Positions 47,595 to 59,001 of a DNA stretch of 64,000 bases are shown piece after piece; within the stretch, counting starts at the first letter, position 1, and the number at the start of each line of letters is the position of its first letter. The notes beneath the pieces are model-generated. The model did not search any database and was not told where the DNA came from. It was given only the letters and a program-made list of their open reading frames with translations. The DNA lies in NCBI GenBank assembly GCA_031414535.1, contig JANNVQ010000053.1, positions 51,997-115,996 of the forward strand. Reading direction: 5' to 3'. Position numbers and translations under genes: made by a program. Origin of the DNA: Gemmatimonas sp. Its GTDB lineage: Bacteria > Gemmatimonadota > Gemmatimonadetes > Gemmatimonadales > Gemmatimonadaceae.

Positions 47595-50432
47595 TTGAAC
47601 AAAGTTCGGGTGAGTGAGTTGGCCGCAGAGTTCGGAATCGGTGCCGATGAGGTGCTGTCGATGCTGCGCGCGATGGAAATCAGTGCACGGACGCCAGCGT
47701 CGCCGCTGACGGACGAGCAGGTTGCGCGCGCGCGCGTCCGCTGGGAGCGCGAGAAGCGCCACCGCACAGACAAGGCCGCCGCCGACGCTGCTCCCGCCAA
47801 GAAGAAGGCTTCCGCCAAGAAGACGGCGGAGCCCTCCACCGTTTCCGAGACGCTGGCGGCGAAGAAGAAGGTCTCCGCTAAGAAGGTCGTCGCGCCTGAG
47901 CCGGACCCCGAGCCCGCCACGGAAGAGAAGGTGACGCGCCGTCGTCGCGCCGCGGACGTGCAGAAGGCCGAGGAAGAAGCAGCGGCCGTACAGGCCGTGG
48001 CGGACGCTGCTGCCGCCGCCGCAGAAGTGGAGCGTGCGGCCCAAGCCGCCCGCGACGCGGAAGAAGCGGCGAAGTCCGCGAAGCTCGCGGAAGAGCAGGC
48101 GGCTGCCCGCGCGCGTGCCGCAGAAGCGGAGCGCCAGCGCCAAGCGGACGCTGAGGCCCTGGCTGCCCTCTCAGCTCCCGCTGCAGCAAGTACGCCAACA
48201 GTGCCGCCGACAGCGGCACCGACCGCGACGGTTGCGCCGTCGCGTCCCTCTGCTCCCGAGCCCGCACGTCCGCGCCCAATTGCACCGGCACCCCCACGTC
48301 CGCGCCCCGTGAGCGGCTCGGGCATGTCCCCGCGTCCTGTCGCCTCGGCGAGTCCTGGCGGCGGACTTGGTGGTGGTCGTCGCGAAGATCGCGGTGGCAG
48401 TGGTGGGAGCGGTGGAGGGCGCCCCGGCGCCCCGGCGGGCAACAATTTCGGTCCGAACGCCGCGCCGTCCTCAGGTCCACGCCGTGGGAAGAAGGGCAAG
48501 CGCGTAGACCAGGAGCAGGTGACGGCCAACATCTCGCGCACCATGCGCCAGATGGGCGGTGGCGCGGGCACCAAGCGCCGCGGCGGTCGCGACGACTCGG
48601 CCGCGCGTGAAGAGCTTGCGGCCATTCGCGCCGAGATCGCTGAGCGCGAGAAGACAACAATTCGCGTCAACGAGTTCATCACAGTCAGCGAACTCGCGGA
48701 GACCATGAAGGTCGCCGCCACGCAAATCGTCTCGTTCGCCTTCAAGCACCTCGGGTTGATGGTCACCATCAACCAGCGCATGGACTTCGACCAAATCGAG
48801 CTCATCGCGAGCGAGTTCGGCTTCATCGCCGTGCGCGAAGAGGACTACGCCGCTGCCCCCACGGAAGAAGTGGTGGTGGAGGAAGAGGGCACGCTCAAGT
48901 CGCGTCCGCCGGTGGTCACCATCATGGGTCACGTGGACCATGGTAAGACCTCCTTGCTCGACTACATCCGCAAGGCCACTGTTGTCGCCGGCGAAGCCGG
49001 TGGCATCACGCAGCACATCGGCGCATATCACGTCACCTTGCCGGACGGTCGTCAGATCACCTTCCTCGACACCCCTGGCCACGAAGCCTTCACCGCTATG
49101 CGCGCCCGCGGTGCACAGGTCACGGACATCGTCGTGCTTGTGGTCGCGGCCGATGACGCCGTGATGCCGCAGACGGTAGAAGCCATCTCGCATGCCAAGA
49201 ACGCCGGCGTGCCGATGATTGTCGCCATCAACAAGATTGATCTCCCCGCCGCCAATGCCATGAAGGTCCGTCAGGACCTCCTGCAGCATGGCGTCGTGCT
49301 CGAAGACTTCGGTGGCAGTACGCTGGCGTCCGAGATCTCGGCAAAGAAGGGCACCGGCGTGCCGGCGCTCTTGGATCAGATTCTCCTCCAGGCCGAAATT
49401 CTCGACCTAAAGGCCAACCCCGACCGTCGCGCCACCGGATCGGTGGTGGAAGCCCAACTCGATGCCGGCAAGGGCGCCGTGGCGACCATCCTCGTGCAGA
49501 GCGGCACATTGAACGTGGGCGATGACTTCATCTGCGGATTGCACTCCGGTCGCGTGCGTGCGCTGCTGGATGAGCGTGGCAAGCCCGTGAAGTCCGCAGG
49601 CCCGGCGATTCCCGTGCAGGTGCTCGGTCTCACCGGCGTGCCGATGGCCGGCGATCAGTTCATCTGCGTGGCTGACGCGCAGGAAGCGCGCGAGATTGCG
49701 CAGCGTCGCGAACGTCTCGACCGTGAAGCCAAGAGCCGTCGCACCGCGAAGGGTGCGGTGTCGCTCGAAGACTTCATGGCCAACGCCGCCTCCGGCGAGA
49801 AGCGCCAGCTCAAGCTGCTCATCAAGGCGGACCAGGGCGGTCCGGCGGAAGCACTCGCCGACGCACTCGGTCAGCTCAGCAACGAAGAAGTGCAGGTCGA
49901 AGTGGTCGCGCGTGCGGTTGGCGCCGTCACCGAGTCCGACATTCTCCTCGCCAAGGCTTCTGGTGCCATCATCATCGGCTTCCACGTGCGCCCGGATACC
50001 AAGGCGCGCGCTGCCGCCGATCGCGAAGGCGTAGAGATCAAGCTCTATCGCATCATCTACGAGGCTGTGGCCGACGTGAAGGCTGCACTCGAAGGCTTGC
50101 TGCGTCCCGAGGAGAAGGAAGTCATCGTCGGCGAGGCGCAGGTCCGCGAGACCTTCAAGGTGCCGAAGATCGGCCTCATCGCCGGTTGCATCGTGCGCTC
50201 GGGCGTTATCAACCGTCAGGGCCGTGCGCGCGTCATCCGCGACGGCGTCGAAGTCTTCGCTGGCACGCTCGGCTCACTGCGTCGCTTCAAGGACGATGTG
50301 AAGGAAGTGAAGGAAGGTTATGAGTGCGGTATCGGGGTCGAGAACTTCAACGACATTAAGGTCGGTGACCTCATCGAGATTTACCGCACCGAAAACGTCG
50401 CGCGCACGCTTCAGCCGGCCTCGGCCAGCTGA
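47595..50432 (+). CDS. infB: Translation initiation factor IF-2
   Basis: GGAGG SD and TTG 47595; [17 protein letters not shown]. Confidence 0.97.
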   Translation: MNKVRVSELAAEFGIGADEVLSMLRAMEISARTPASPLTDEQVARARVRWEREKRHRTDKAAADAAPAKKKASAKKTAEPSTVSETLAAKKKVSAKKVVAPEPDPEPATEEKVTRRRRAADVQKAEEEAAAVQAVADAAAAAAEVERAAQAARDAEEAAKSAKLAEEQAAARARAAEAERQRQADAEALAALSAPAAASTPTVPPTAAPTATVAPSRPSAPEPARPRPIAPAPPRPRPVSGSGMSPRPVASASPGGGLGGGRREDRGGSGGSGGGRPGAPAGNNFGPNAAPSSGPRRGKKGKRVDQEQVTANISRTMRQMGGGAGTKRRGGRDDSAAREELAAIRAEIAEREKTTIRVNEFITVSELAETMKVAATQIVSFAFKHLGLMVTINQRMDFDQIELIASEFGFIAVREEDYAAAPTEEVVVEEEGTLKSRPPVVTIMGHVDHGKTSLLDYIRKATVVAGEAGGITQHIGAYHVTLPDGRQITFLDTPGHEAFTAMRARGAQVTDIVVLVVAADDAVMPQTVEAISHAKNAGVPMIVAINKIDLPAANAMKVRQDLLQHGVVLEDFGGSTLASEISAKKGTGVPALLDQILLQAEILDLKANPDRRATGSVVEAQLDAGKGAVATILVQSGTLNVGDDFICGLHSGRVRALLDERGKPVKSAGPAIPVQVLGLTGVPMAGDQFICVADAQEAREIAQRRERLDREAKSRRTAKGAVSLEDFMANAASGEKRQLKLLIKADQGGPAEALADALGQLSNEEVQVEVVARAVGAVTESDILLAKASGAIIIGFHVRPDTKARAAADREGVEIKLYRIIYEAVADVKAALEGLLRPEEKEVIVGEAQVRETFKVPKIGLIAGCIVRSGVINRQGRARVIRDGVEVFAGTLGSLRRFKDDVKEVKEGYECGIGVENFNDIKVGDLIEIYRTENVARTLQPASAS

Positions 50433-50457
50433 GCGCGCCGCGTAGCGGAGGTCGCTG

Positions 50458-50889
50458 ATGCCCCCACGGGATCCGCGTCGTGCTGAACGCGTTGGCGAAG
50501 CGGTGCGCGAGGAAGTCGCGGCGTTCTTGACCCGCGACGCCAAAGATCCGCGCCTCACCGGGCTCGTGACGGTGACCGCGGTGGAGATGGCGCGCGACCT
50601 CCGCCATGCCATGATCTACGTCTCCGTACTCGGGGACGAAGAAGCCAAGACGAGCACCCTCGCGGCGCTCACGGGCATGGCGCCGCATCTCCGCGGCCGC
50701 GTCGGTCGTGCGCTACGTCTGCAGTTCGCGCCGGAAATCACGTTTCGTCTTGACGAGTCCGTGCAGCGCGCGGCTCGCATCGAGACCTTGCTCGCCGAGA
50801 TCAAGCGCGCCGAGCAGCCAGGCGCAGATCAGCTGGGTGGCGAGCAGTCCAGCGCTGAGCCCTCGGGTGACGACAGCGCCGACGCCTGA
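50458..50889 (+). CDS. rbfA: Ribosome-binding factor A
   Basis: RAERVGE, KDPRL, DLRHAMIYVS, PEITFRLD. Confidence 0.93.
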   Translation: MPPRDPRRAERVGEAVREEVAAFLTRDAKDPRLTGLVTVTAVEMARDLRHAMIYVSVLGDEEAKTSTLAALTGMAPHLRGRVGRALRLQFAPEITFRLDESVQRAARIETLLAEIKRAEQPGADQLGGEQSSAEPSGDDSADA

Positions 50890-51775
50890 CGGACTTCTGC
50901 TGGTGGATAAGCCAGCAGGCGTTTCGTCGCACGACATCGTGGCCGCCGCGCGGCGTGCCTTGGGCGAAAAACGCATTGGCCACGCGGGGACCTTGGATCC
51001 CTTTGCGACCGGGCTCCTCGTCCTCCTCGTGGGGCGCGCCACGCGTTTGCTGCCGCACATTCCCGATGAGCCCAAGCTCTACGAGGCGCGCGTCAAGTTT
51101 GGGACGGAGACCGACACCGAGGATTTGTTGGGTGCCGTTTCGCGCGAGGCTCCATTGCCGTCACGTGGGGACTTGCTCGAGAATCTGCGCCAGGTCCAAG
51201 GTCAGATTCTCCAGACGCCTCCCGCCTATTCCGCGAAACGAGTGGACGGGAAGCGCGCCTACGAACTGGCGCGGGCGGGGGAAGTCGTTGAGCTTAAGCC
51301 CGTCCTCATTCACGTGCATCGCATTGACGTGAGCGATCTCCTGCTCGATGCTGACGGGCGCGTGGTCGAGGCGACGATGCGCGTGGTGTGTGGGGGCGGG
51401 ACGTACGTGCGCTCGCTGGCCCGCGATTGGGCGCGCGCGTCCTCGTCAGCGGCGCACCTGATCGCCTTGCGGCGCCTTGCCACGGGACCTTTTCGGGTTG
51501 AGGACGCGGTCACGCTCGAGGATCTGCGCGAGCGTCGCGCCGTGCTGCGCCCGGCACTCGACGCGTTGCCGGGCTTCCCCGTGCAACGACTAAGCGACGA
51601 GGACCTGGCGAGAATCGTCCGCGGTATTGATGTCCCCGCGATCGTGCCGGGCCCGTGGGGCGCCTTGGTGCGCGGTGACCGTGATGCGCTCGTCGCACTC
51701 TGCGAGCGGCGCGGGTTTGCGTCCGACGAGAACGGCGAACGCTGGCAGCCGCGCGTGGTAATGCGTGAGGCCTGA
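50867..51775 (+). CDS. truB: tRNA pseudouridine(55) synthase
   Basis: DKPAG, GHAGTLDPFATG, PPAYSA, GTYVRSLARD. Confidence 0.95.
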   Translation: MTTAPTPDGLLLVDKPAGVSSHDIVAAARRALGEKRIGHAGTLDPFATGLLVLLVGRATRLLPHIPDEPKLYEARVKFGTETDTEDLLGAVSREAPLPSRGDLLENLRQVQGQILQTPPAYSAKRVDGKRAYELARAGEVVELKPVLIHVHRIDVSDLLLDADGRVVEATMRVVCGGGTYVRSLARDWARASSSAAHLIALRRLATGPFRVEDAVTLEDLRERRAVLRPALDALPGFPVQRLSDEDLARIVRGIDVPAIVPGPWGALVRGDRDALVALCERRGFASDENGERWQPRVVMREA

Positions 51776-52718
51776 CCCGGCCTTCGGCTTGCCGCCTGAA
51801 GTGCGCGGCACCGTCTGCACAGTGGGCACCTTCGATGGTGTGCATCGCGGGCATCAGCTCGTGCTGGAGCGTCTTGCGGCGCGTGCGCGTCTGCGTGGAT
51901 TGCCCGCGGTGCTCGTCACCTTCGAGCCCCATCCGCTGGAAGTCGTGAATCCGGCAGCCGCTCCTCCCTTGCTCACGCTCGGCGATGAGAAGAGTGAAGT
52001 CCTCGCCGAGAGCCCGTTGGACTACGTGGTGGTGTTGCCGTTCACCGCGACGCTCGCGCGCTACGAGGCGCCGGACTTCGTAGACCACGTCCTGATGGCG
52101 AGGCTTGGCGTGCGCGAGTTGCTGATCGGTTACGACCACGGCTTCGGACGGGCCCGCTCAGGCGACGCCGAGGTCCTGAAGTCGCTTGGGGAGTCACGGG
52201 GCTTTGATGTGGCGGTGGTGGAGGCGGTGCAGGGCACCGACAATCGCCCCATCTCGAGCACAACAATTCGTCGCGCCATTGCCGGAGGCGATTTAGTGCG
52301 CGCGGCTGACGGCCTCGGGCGCGCGTACAGCATTAGCGGCATCGTGCAGAAGGGTGAACAGCGGGGTCGCACGATGGGATTCCCCACGCTCAACCTTGGC
52401 GCACCATCGCCGCGCAAACTGTTGCCGCCGGAAGGTGTGTACGCGGTTCGTGTACAGACATCGCGGGGGACATTCGGCGGCATGATGAACCTTGGTCCCC
52501 GTCCGACCTTCGGTGATACGTCGAGCAGTCTCGAGGTGCACTGCTTTGAATTGACCGGTGATTTGTATGGCCTGCGCGTGCGAGTGGACGTGCTGGCTCG
52601 CCTGCGCGAGACGCAGAAGTTTGACGGTCCGGACGCGCTTCGTGCGCAGCTGGCGAGAGACGAATCGGCAGCCCGCGCCACCCTCGCGAGCACGAGCCCA
52701 ACGGGCCGTCTGCGCTAG
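51765..52718 (+). CDS. ribF: Bifunctional riboflavin kinase / FAD synthetase
   Basis: GTFDGVHRGH, ISSTTIR, GRTMGFPTLN, EVH. Confidence 0.95.
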   Translation: MRPDPAFGLPPEVRGTVCTVGTFDGVHRGHQLVLERLAARARLRGLPAVLVTFEPHPLEVVNPAAAPPLLTLGDEKSEVLAESPLDYVVVLPFTATLARYEAPDFVDHVLMARLGVRELLIGYDHGFGRARSGDAEVLKSLGESRGFDVAVVEAVQGTDNRPISSTTIRRAIAGGDLVRAADGLGRAYSISGIVQKGEQRGRTMGFPTLNLGAPSPRKLLPPEGVYAVRVQTSRGTFGGMMNLGPRPTFGDTSSSLEVHCFELTGDLYGLRVRVDVLARLRETQKFDGPDALRAQLARDESAARATLASTSPTGRLR

Positions 52719-52752
52719 GGATGCGCGAGAGCGTCCAAGCTATTGTCTCTGA

Positions 52753-52781
52753 TTGACTTGGCAGTCTCCGGCGGGTACTCT
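52753..52781 (+). promoter_or_regulatory. sigma70-type promoter of secDF
   Basis: TTGACT-N17-TACTCT. Confidence 0.6.
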
Positions 52782-52824
52782 TCGAGGTTCTAGTTTCCCC
52801 CGGCTCACTTCCTTCCTGCTCGAG

Positions 52825-54453
52825 ATGAATTCCCTGAAGGCACGCCTCTTCGCGATCGCCGCAATGGTGCTCGCGTCGGCCTGGGCGCTGTTCCCGCGGA
52901 CCATTGAGGACCGCTTCCAGCGCGACGGCGTCATGGTGGACACCACCTACACGCGCGTTCCCCTGAAGTACGGGCTCGACCTCCGCGGAGGTATGCACCT
53001 TTCGCTCGAGATCGACGAGTCCCAGCAGCAGGTCGCCGACGTCAACGACGCGCTTGAGCGTGCGTTGCGCGTTGTGCGCTCGCGCATTGACGAGTTCGGC
53101 GTGGCCGAGCCCATCGTGCAGCGTGTGGGCGATCGCCGCATCGAGGTGGAACTTCCCGGTATTGATGATCGCGAACGCGCTACAGCCGTCGTGCAGCGCT
53201 CCGCGTTCCTCCGGTTCCAGATCACGGATAAGACCAACGCCTTCGAACGAGTGGCGCCGCGTCTCGACGCCATCGTGAAGGCGCGCGGGCTTGAGACGGC
53301 CGCGACGACTACGGCCGCTGGTGACACCGCGCGCTCTGGCATCGCCGGCATCTTCGAGGCGCCGTCTGACTCGGCCTCGGCCGATTCGGCGCCGACTGCC
53401 ACCGACGGACCGTTCCGCCGCCTCGTCGCACCGGGCAGCATCCCGGGCCAGTACTACGTCGCGATGACGGATGTGCGGACTATCGAACGCTTCCTGAGTG
53501 ATTCTGCGGTGCGCGCCGCCCTGCCTCCGGGCAAGGTCGTGCGCTGGGGCTCTGACTCCGTGTCGCTCTCCGCGCAGTGGTACCGCCCGATTTATGTCCT
53601 CGAGAATCGTGACATCATCACGGGTGAGTATCTCGTGGACGCCAAGCCGGAGCAGGATCCGATGGAAGGTGCCAAGGTGACCTTCCAGCTCAACAACGAA
53701 GGTGGTCGTCGCTTCCGCAACGAGACCGGCAAGAACATCGGCAACAACATGGCCATTGTCCTTGATGACAAGGTGATGAGTGCGCCGGTGATTCAGGGTG
53801 CCATCGGCACCCGTGGCCAGATCACGATGGGCGGACGCGACATTCAGCCGGCGCAGGATCTGGCGCTCGTGCTACGCGCCGGTGCGCTGCCAGTGCCTCT
53901 CGTCGTGGTTGAGGCGCGCACTATCGGTGCCTCACTCGGCCAAGACGCCATTCAGCAGGGCATCTACTCCGGCGTCACGGCTGTCGCCCTCGTCATCATC
54001 GTAATGATCGGCTACTACCGCTTCTCCGGCTTCCTCGCCGTCTGCGGTCTGGCCTTTTACACAATGATTACGTTGGCCATGCTCGCGGTCTTCGGTGCGA
54101 CGCTCACGTTGCCTGGCATCGCCGGCTTCGTGCTCTCTATCGGTATGGCCGTGGACTCCAACTTCCTTGTGTTCGAGCGTATTCGCGAAGAACTCGACGT
54201 CGGCAAGTCCGTGAAGACGGCAATTGACGAGGGCTTCGATCACGCGTGGAGCGCCATCGTGGACACGCACGTGACCACGGCACTCACGGCGGCAATTCTC
54301 TACCAGTTCGGTGACGGTCCCGTGCGCGGCTTCGCCGTCACGCTGATGGCCGGCATCATCGCCTCGCTCGCCTCCGCGATCTTCTTTGTGCGGACTCTCT
54401 TCTATGTCTGGCTGGCGCAGCGCAAGCAGGCGCCCACGACCCTGAGCATCTGA
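52825..54453 (+). CDS. secD: Protein translocase subunit SecD
   Basis: GLDLRGG, RIDEFGVAEP, LRAGALP, IGMAVDSN, FERIREE. Confidence 0.96.
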   Translation: MNSLKARLFAIAAMVLASAWALFPRTIEDRFQRDGVMVDTTYTRVPLKYGLDLRGGMHLSLEIDESQQQVADVNDALERALRVVRSRIDEFGVAEPIVQRVGDRRIEVELPGIDDRERATAVVQRSAFLRFQITDKTNAFERVAPRLDAIVKARGLETAATTTAAGDTARSGIAGIFEAPSDSASADSAPTATDGPFRRLVAPGSIPGQYYVAMTDVRTIERFLSDSAVRAALPPGKVVRWGSDSVSLSAQWYRPIYVLENRDIITGEYLVDAKPEQDPMEGAKVTFQLNNEGGRRFRNETGKNIGNNMAIVLDDKVMSAPVIQGAIGTRGQITMGGRDIQPAQDLALVLRAGALPVPLVVVEARTIGASLGQDAIQQGIYSGVTAVALVIIVMIGYYRFSGFLAVCGLAFYTMITLAMLAVFGATLTLPGIAGFVLSIGMAVDSNFLVFERIREELDVGKSVKTAIDEGFDHAWSAIVDTHVTTALTAAILYQFGDGPVRGFAVTLMAGIIASLASAIFFVRTLFYVWLAQRKQAPTTLSI

Positions 54454-55412
54454 TGTTCCGCATCCTACATGGCACGTCCTACGATTTTGTCCGTCAGTGG
54501 AAACTGGCGTTCATCACCATCATCATCTTCGTCGTCCCGGCGATTGTGTTGATTCCACTCTCCGGTTTCAACTACAGCATCGAGTTCACCGGTGGCACGG
54601 AGATTCGCCTCGAGTTCCCGACGGCTCCTGACATCGCGGAAGTGCGCTCGGCCATCGCCGATGCTGGACTTGGCGAGGCGGAAATCACGACGTTCGGTTC
54701 GCCCAACGAAATCCGCATCCGCGCGCAGGAAGCGGAGCAGGTGGAGCAGCAGGCCGCTGGTGCGACCAACGTCGCCACAAAGATCGAGGCCGCGCTGGCC
54801 GCCAAGTTCGGTCCCGACGGCTTCAAGCGCTTGGGCTCCGAAGGCATCGGACCGCGCGTCGGCGAAGAGCTCCGTCGCAACGCCATCGTCGCCACGCTCA
54901 TCGCCTTCGCGCTGACGCTGGTGTACATCTCGTGGCGCTTCGAATGGCGCTTCGCGGTGGCCGCCATCCTCGGTACGCTACACGACACGCTCGCCACGAT
55001 GGTCTTCATCAAGTACGCCAACATCGAAATTTCGCTCTTCGTTGTCGGTGGCATCCTGACGGTCATCGGTTACTCGATGAACGACACCGTGGTGGTGTTC
55101 GATCGCGTGCGCGAAAATCTGCGCTCCAACAAGAAGAAGCCGCTACGTGAGGTCATCAACAATTCGGTGAATGAGACGCTCCCGCGGACCATTATGACCG
55201 GTACGACCACGCTCGGCGCCTTGATCGCGATGATCTTCCTGGGCGGAGACGTCATTCGTCCGTTTGCGCTCATCTTGGCATTCGGCATCGTGGTCGGCAC
55301 CTTCAGTTCCATCTTCGTCGCGGCACCGTTGGTGTTGTGGATTGAGAAGAAGTGGCCGCACGAGACCGACGCCACGCCGCACTCGCGCGTTCCGTCGGCA
55401 CCCCGCGTCTGA
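54453..55412 (+). CDS. secF: Protein translocase subunit SecF
   Basis: IEFTGG, LHD, GYSMNDTVVVFDRVRE, GTFSSIFVA. Confidence 0.96.
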   Translation: MFRILHGTSYDFVRQWKLAFITIIIFVVPAIVLIPLSGFNYSIEFTGGTEIRLEFPTAPDIAEVRSAIADAGLGEAEITTFGSPNEIRIRAQEAEQVEQQAAGATNVATKIEAALAAKFGPDGFKRLGSEGIGPRVGEELRRNAIVATLIAFALTLVYISWRFEWRFAVAAILGTLHDTLATMVFIKYANIEISLFVVGGILTVIGYSMNDTVVVFDRVRENLRSNKKKPLREVINNSVNETLPRTIMTGTTTLGALIAMIFLGGDVIRPFALILAFGIVVGTFSSIFVAAPLVLWIEKKWPHETDATPHSRVPSAPRV

Positions 55413-55420
55413 GCGATTCT

Positions 55421-56251
55421 GTGCACGAGACTGGGCCCCGGCTTGCCACTGCGCACGCCGGGGCCTCGTCCGTTCCAGCGGCTCCATGGATTGATTCGCA
55501 CTGCCATCTGGGCGACCCCGGCTTTGCCGACGACATGTCGCTTGTCCTCGATCGCGTTCGGGCCGCCGGCGGCGAGGGGGTGGTGTGCATCGGCGAGTCT
55601 CTGGAATCGGCGGCACGCGCCAAACGCATCGCTGAGGCCAATGCAGGTTTTGTGTGGTGGACCATCGGCGTGCATCCCCACGACGCTGCCGGTTTTGACC
55701 CGCAACACGATGCCGACGCCATCGCCTTGGGCCTCCAGCAGGGCGCTGTGGCCGTCGGAGAGTGCGGGCTAGACTACCACTATGACCACTCCCCGCGCGC
55801 CCTCCAGCGGCGAGCCTTCGCAGCGCAGCTCGCGCTGGCCGCCCAGCACCACAAGCCCGTGGTTGTCCATACCCGCGAAGCCGAAGCGGATACTATCTCC
55901 ATGGTGCGCGAGGCGGGGCAGGCCGGCATTCGCGGTGTCTTGCATTGTTTTGGCGGGTCCGCGGACCTCGCGGAGGCCGGACTCGCCGCCGGCTGGTACC
56001 TCTCGTATGCCGGCGTCGTGACCTTCAAGAAATGGTTCGGCGACGAGATCATTCGTGCCGCGCCGGCGGACCGCTTGCTTGTGGAGAGCGATGCGCCCTT
56101 CTTGGCGCCAGTGCCAAATCGCGGCAAGCGCAACGAGCCAGCCTGGTGTGCGTACACATTGGCGAGGCTTGCTGCCGTGCGCGATGCAGATCCAAGTGCT
56201 CTCGGCAAGCAGCTAAGCGCCAACGCGAGACGCTTGTTCAGCCTTACCTAA
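55421..56251 (+). CDS. tatD: TatD-family hydrolase
   Basis: IDSHCH, GVHPH, GECGLDY, HTRE, HCF, ESDAPFLAP; exact start uncertain. Confidence 0.9.
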   Translation: MHETGPRLATAHAGASSVPAAPWIDSHCHLGDPGFADDMSLVLDRVRAAGGEGVVCIGESLESAARAKRIAEANAGFVWWTIGVHPHDAAGFDPQHDADAIALGLQQGAVAVGECGLDYHYDHSPRALQRRAFAAQLALAAQHHKPVVVHTREAEADTISMVREAGQAGIRGVLHCFGGSADLAEAGLAAGWYLSYAGVVTFKKWFGDEIIRAAPADRLLVESDAPFLAPVPNRGKRNEPAWCAYTLARLAAVRDADPSALGKQLSANARRLFSLT

Positions 56252-56279
56252 CCCCCCCATTGAGGTGTAAGAGCTTCCG

Positions 56280-57953
56280 ATGAGCGTTCCGTCTGACATT
56301 GAGATCGCGCAGGCCGCGAAACTCCGCCCGATTATTGACGTGGCCGCCGAGATTGGGCTTGGCCCCGACGACCTCGACCTGTACGGCAAGTACAAGGCCA
56401 AGGTGACGCTTGAACTCACCACCCGCGCGCCTAAGGGCAAGCTCGTGATTGTGACCGCGATTAACCCCACCGCCGCTGGTGAGGGCAAGACCACGACGTC
56501 CGTGGGCCTCGCGCAGGCCTTCCGGAAGCTTGGCAAGAATGCGGTGCTCTGCATCCGCGAGCCGTCACTGGGCCCGGTATTTGGCGTGAAGGGTGGCGCG
56601 GCCGGCGGTGGCTACTCGCAGGTGCTCCCGATGGACGACATCAACCTGCACTTCACCGGTGATTTCCACGCCATCAGTTCAGCTCACGCCCTGCTCTCGG
56701 CGCTGCTCGACAATCACCTGCAACAGGGCAACCTGCTCAATATCGATCCGCGTCGCATCACCTGGCCGCGGACGATTGACATGAACGACCGTGCGCTTCG
56801 GAAGGTCATCATCGGGCTCGGTGGCCCTGCGGAAGGTGTGGTGCGTGAAGAGCGCTTCGTCATCATTCCCGCGTCGGAAGTCATGGCCATCGTCGCGCTC
56901 GCGACGAGCGCGGCGGACCTCGAGGAGCGCCTCGGCAACATCATCGTTGGCTCCACGTATGGCGCCGACCGCAAGCCCGTCTATGCGCGAGATCTCCACG
57001 CGCACGGCGCCATGGCGATGTTGCTCAAGGATGCCATTCGGCCCAACCTCGTGCAGACGCTCGAGGGTGGCCCAGCCTTCGTCCACGCGGGCCCCTTCGG
57101 GAACATCGCGCACGGGTGCAACTCCATTCTCGCCACGCGCGCCGCCCTCGCCGTGGGTGACATCGTCGTCACCGAGGCCGGGTTCGGTTCTGACCTCGGC
57201 GCCGAGAAGTTCTTTGACATCAAGTGCCGCTTCGGTGGCCTCAAGCCCGATGCGGCGGTCCTCGTCGCAACCGTTCGCGCCCTCAAAATGAACGGCGGAG
57301 CGAAGAAGACCGAGTTGGCCAAGGAAGATCTCGCCGCCCTCGAGAAGGGCGTTGTGAACCTTGAGCACCACATTCAGAACGTGCGCCAGTTCGGGATGGA
57401 ATTGGTAGTCGCGCTGAATCGCTTCCACACGGACAGCGACGCCGAGATTGCGATGGTCACCGAGGCGGCGCGGAAGGCGGGCGCGCGCGTCGCGCTGAGC
57501 GAAGTGTTCGCCAATGGCGGGGCGGGCGGCATCGCCGTCGCCAACGAGGTGCTCGACATCCTCGCGAAGGGTGGCAGCAAGTTCGCGCCTATCTACGACG
57601 CCAAGGCGCCAATCAGACAGAAGATCGACACCATCGTGAAGAAGGTGTACGGCGGCGATGGCGCGGACTACAGCGCCAAGGCCGAGCGGGCCATCGCGTA
57701 TCTTGAGAGCATCGGGCTTGGCGAGACGCCCGTGTGCATGGCCAAGACGCAGTACTCGCTGTCCGACGACGCCACGAAGCTCGGGCGCCCGACGGGATTC
57801 CGCGTCACCGTCAACGACGTGTATCCTGTGGCAGGTGCAGGGTTCATTGTCGCGCAGTGCGGCGAGATTATGACAATGCCCGGCCTGCCCAAACAGCCCG
57901 CGGCTGAAAAGATGCGCATTCACCCAGATGGCTCCATCTCCGGCCTTTTTTAG
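56280..57953 (+). CDS. fhs: Formate--tetrahydrofolate ligase
   Basis: TAAGEGKTT, GVKGGAAGGGY, INLHFTGDFHAI, GPFGNIAHGCNS, MTMPGLP. Confidence 0.97.
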   Translation: MSVPSDIEIAQAAKLRPIIDVAAEIGLGPDDLDLYGKYKAKVTLELTTRAPKGKLVIVTAINPTAAGEGKTTTSVGLAQAFRKLGKNAVLCIREPSLGPVFGVKGGAAGGGYSQVLPMDDINLHFTGDFHAISSAHALLSALLDNHLQQGNLLNIDPRRITWPRTIDMNDRALRKVIIGLGGPAEGVVREERFVIIPASEVMAIVALATSAADLEERLGNIIVGSTYGADRKPVYARDLHAHGAMAMLLKDAIRPNLVQTLEGGPAFVHAGPFGNIAHGCNSILATRAALAVGDIVVTEAGFGSDLGAEKFFDIKCRFGGLKPDAAVLVATVRALKMNGGAKKTELAKEDLAALEKGVVNLEHHIQNVRQFGMELVVALNRFHTDSDAEIAMVTEAARKAGARVALSEVFANGGAGGIAVANEVLDILAKGGSKFAPIYDAKAPIRQKIDTIVKKVYGGDGADYSAKAERAIAYLESIGLGETPVCMAKTQYSLSDDATKLGRPTGFRVTVNDVYPVAGAGFIVAQCGEIMTMPGLPKQPAAEKMRIHPDGSISGLF

Positions 57954-57964
57954 GATTCATTGCA

Positions 57965-58357
57965 ATGCCGAATTCCGTGAAGACACTTGCCACCGCCGAA
58001 GCTCCTGCGGCGATCGGACCCTATTCCCAAGCCACAGTCGCCGGCGGCTTTCTGTTTACCGCGGGACAGATTCCGCTCGATCCCAAGACCGGTGAGATCG
58101 TGGCCGGGGATGTGGTGGAGCAGTCCAAGCAGGTGCTCGCCAATCTCGCCGCCGTGCTCAAGGCGGAACGCTGCACCTGGACCGACGTGGTGAAGACCAC
58201 CGTGTTCCTTACGGACCTGGCAGACTTTCCGCGCTTTAACGAGGTGTACGCTGCCGCGCTCGGTGAGGCGCGTCCGGCGCGATCCACCGTGCAGGTCTCC
58301 GCGCTACCGCGCGGGGTCTGCGTAGAGGTCGAACTCGTCGCCAAGTTGCCGGCCTAA
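57965..58357 (+). CDS. ridA: RidA/YjgF enamine deaminase
   Basis: AIGPYSQA, AGQIP, PARSTV, VEVE. Confidence 0.9.
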   Translation: MPNSVKTLATAEAPAAIGPYSQATVAGGFLFTAGQIPLDPKTGEIVAGDVVEQSKQVLANLAAVLKAERCTWTDVVKTTVFLTDLADFPRFNEVYAAALGEARPARSTVQVSALPRGVCVEVELVAKLPA

Positions 58358-58362
58358 TCGCC

Positions 58363-59001
58363 GTGCGGCTGCCACTCTGCCTCCTGCTGGGAGCGATTCT
58401 CCTCTTTGGGGGAGACGCGCTCCACGCGCAGGTCGTCGGTGGGACGCGCGTGGGCGTGGTGCGCACGCCGCGGGATCTGCCGGTGCTCAACGATACTATC
58501 GTCGGTCAAATCATCGAGCCGGGTGCGCCCATTACGCCGCGTCGGGCATTTTTCTCCTCGCTGTTGGTGCCGGGTACCGGACAGGCCGCGCTCGATCGCC
58601 CCTACGCCGGCGGGGTGTTCATGCTCGTCGAGGCGATTGCACTCACGATGATGCACCGCTCCGCCGAGGACGCGCGGCTAGCTAGGAGTTTTTCTCGCGA
58701 CTCGACGCCGCTCACATACCAGACCGACCCTGTCACCGGCGTCGTCGCGCGGGATACACTCGGCCATCCAGTCGTGACCGCGTGGGAACAGTCCCGCTAC
58801 AGTCTTGGCATCGGGCGGGCGCGGCGTTTGCACCTCGAAGATTGGGTCGCCGTGCTCTTCTTCAATCACCTCTTCTCAGGCGCCGACGCCTACGTCGCGG
58901 CGCTGCTTTGGGACCTGCCCGATAAGGTCTCGCTGGTCCGGACGCCTCTGGGTCCAGCCCTGACCACGCGTGTCCGGTTCGGCCGACCGCCGCGCCGCTA
59001 G
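58363..59001 (+). CDS. Hypothetical exported/membrane protein (DUF5683-like)
   Basis: Signal peptide; SLLVPGTGQ motif; ADAYVAA near the C-terminus. Confidence 0.65.
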   Translation: MRLPLCLLLGAILLFGGDALHAQVVGGTRVGVVRTPRDLPVLNDTIVGQIIEPGAPITPRRAFFSSLLVPGTGQAALDRPYAGGVFMLVEAIALTMMHRSAEDARLARSFSRDSTPLTYQTDPVTGVVARDTLGHPVVTAWEQSRYSLGIGRARRLHLEDWVAVLFFNHLFSGADAYVAALLWDLPDKVSLVRTPLGPALTTRVRFGRPPRR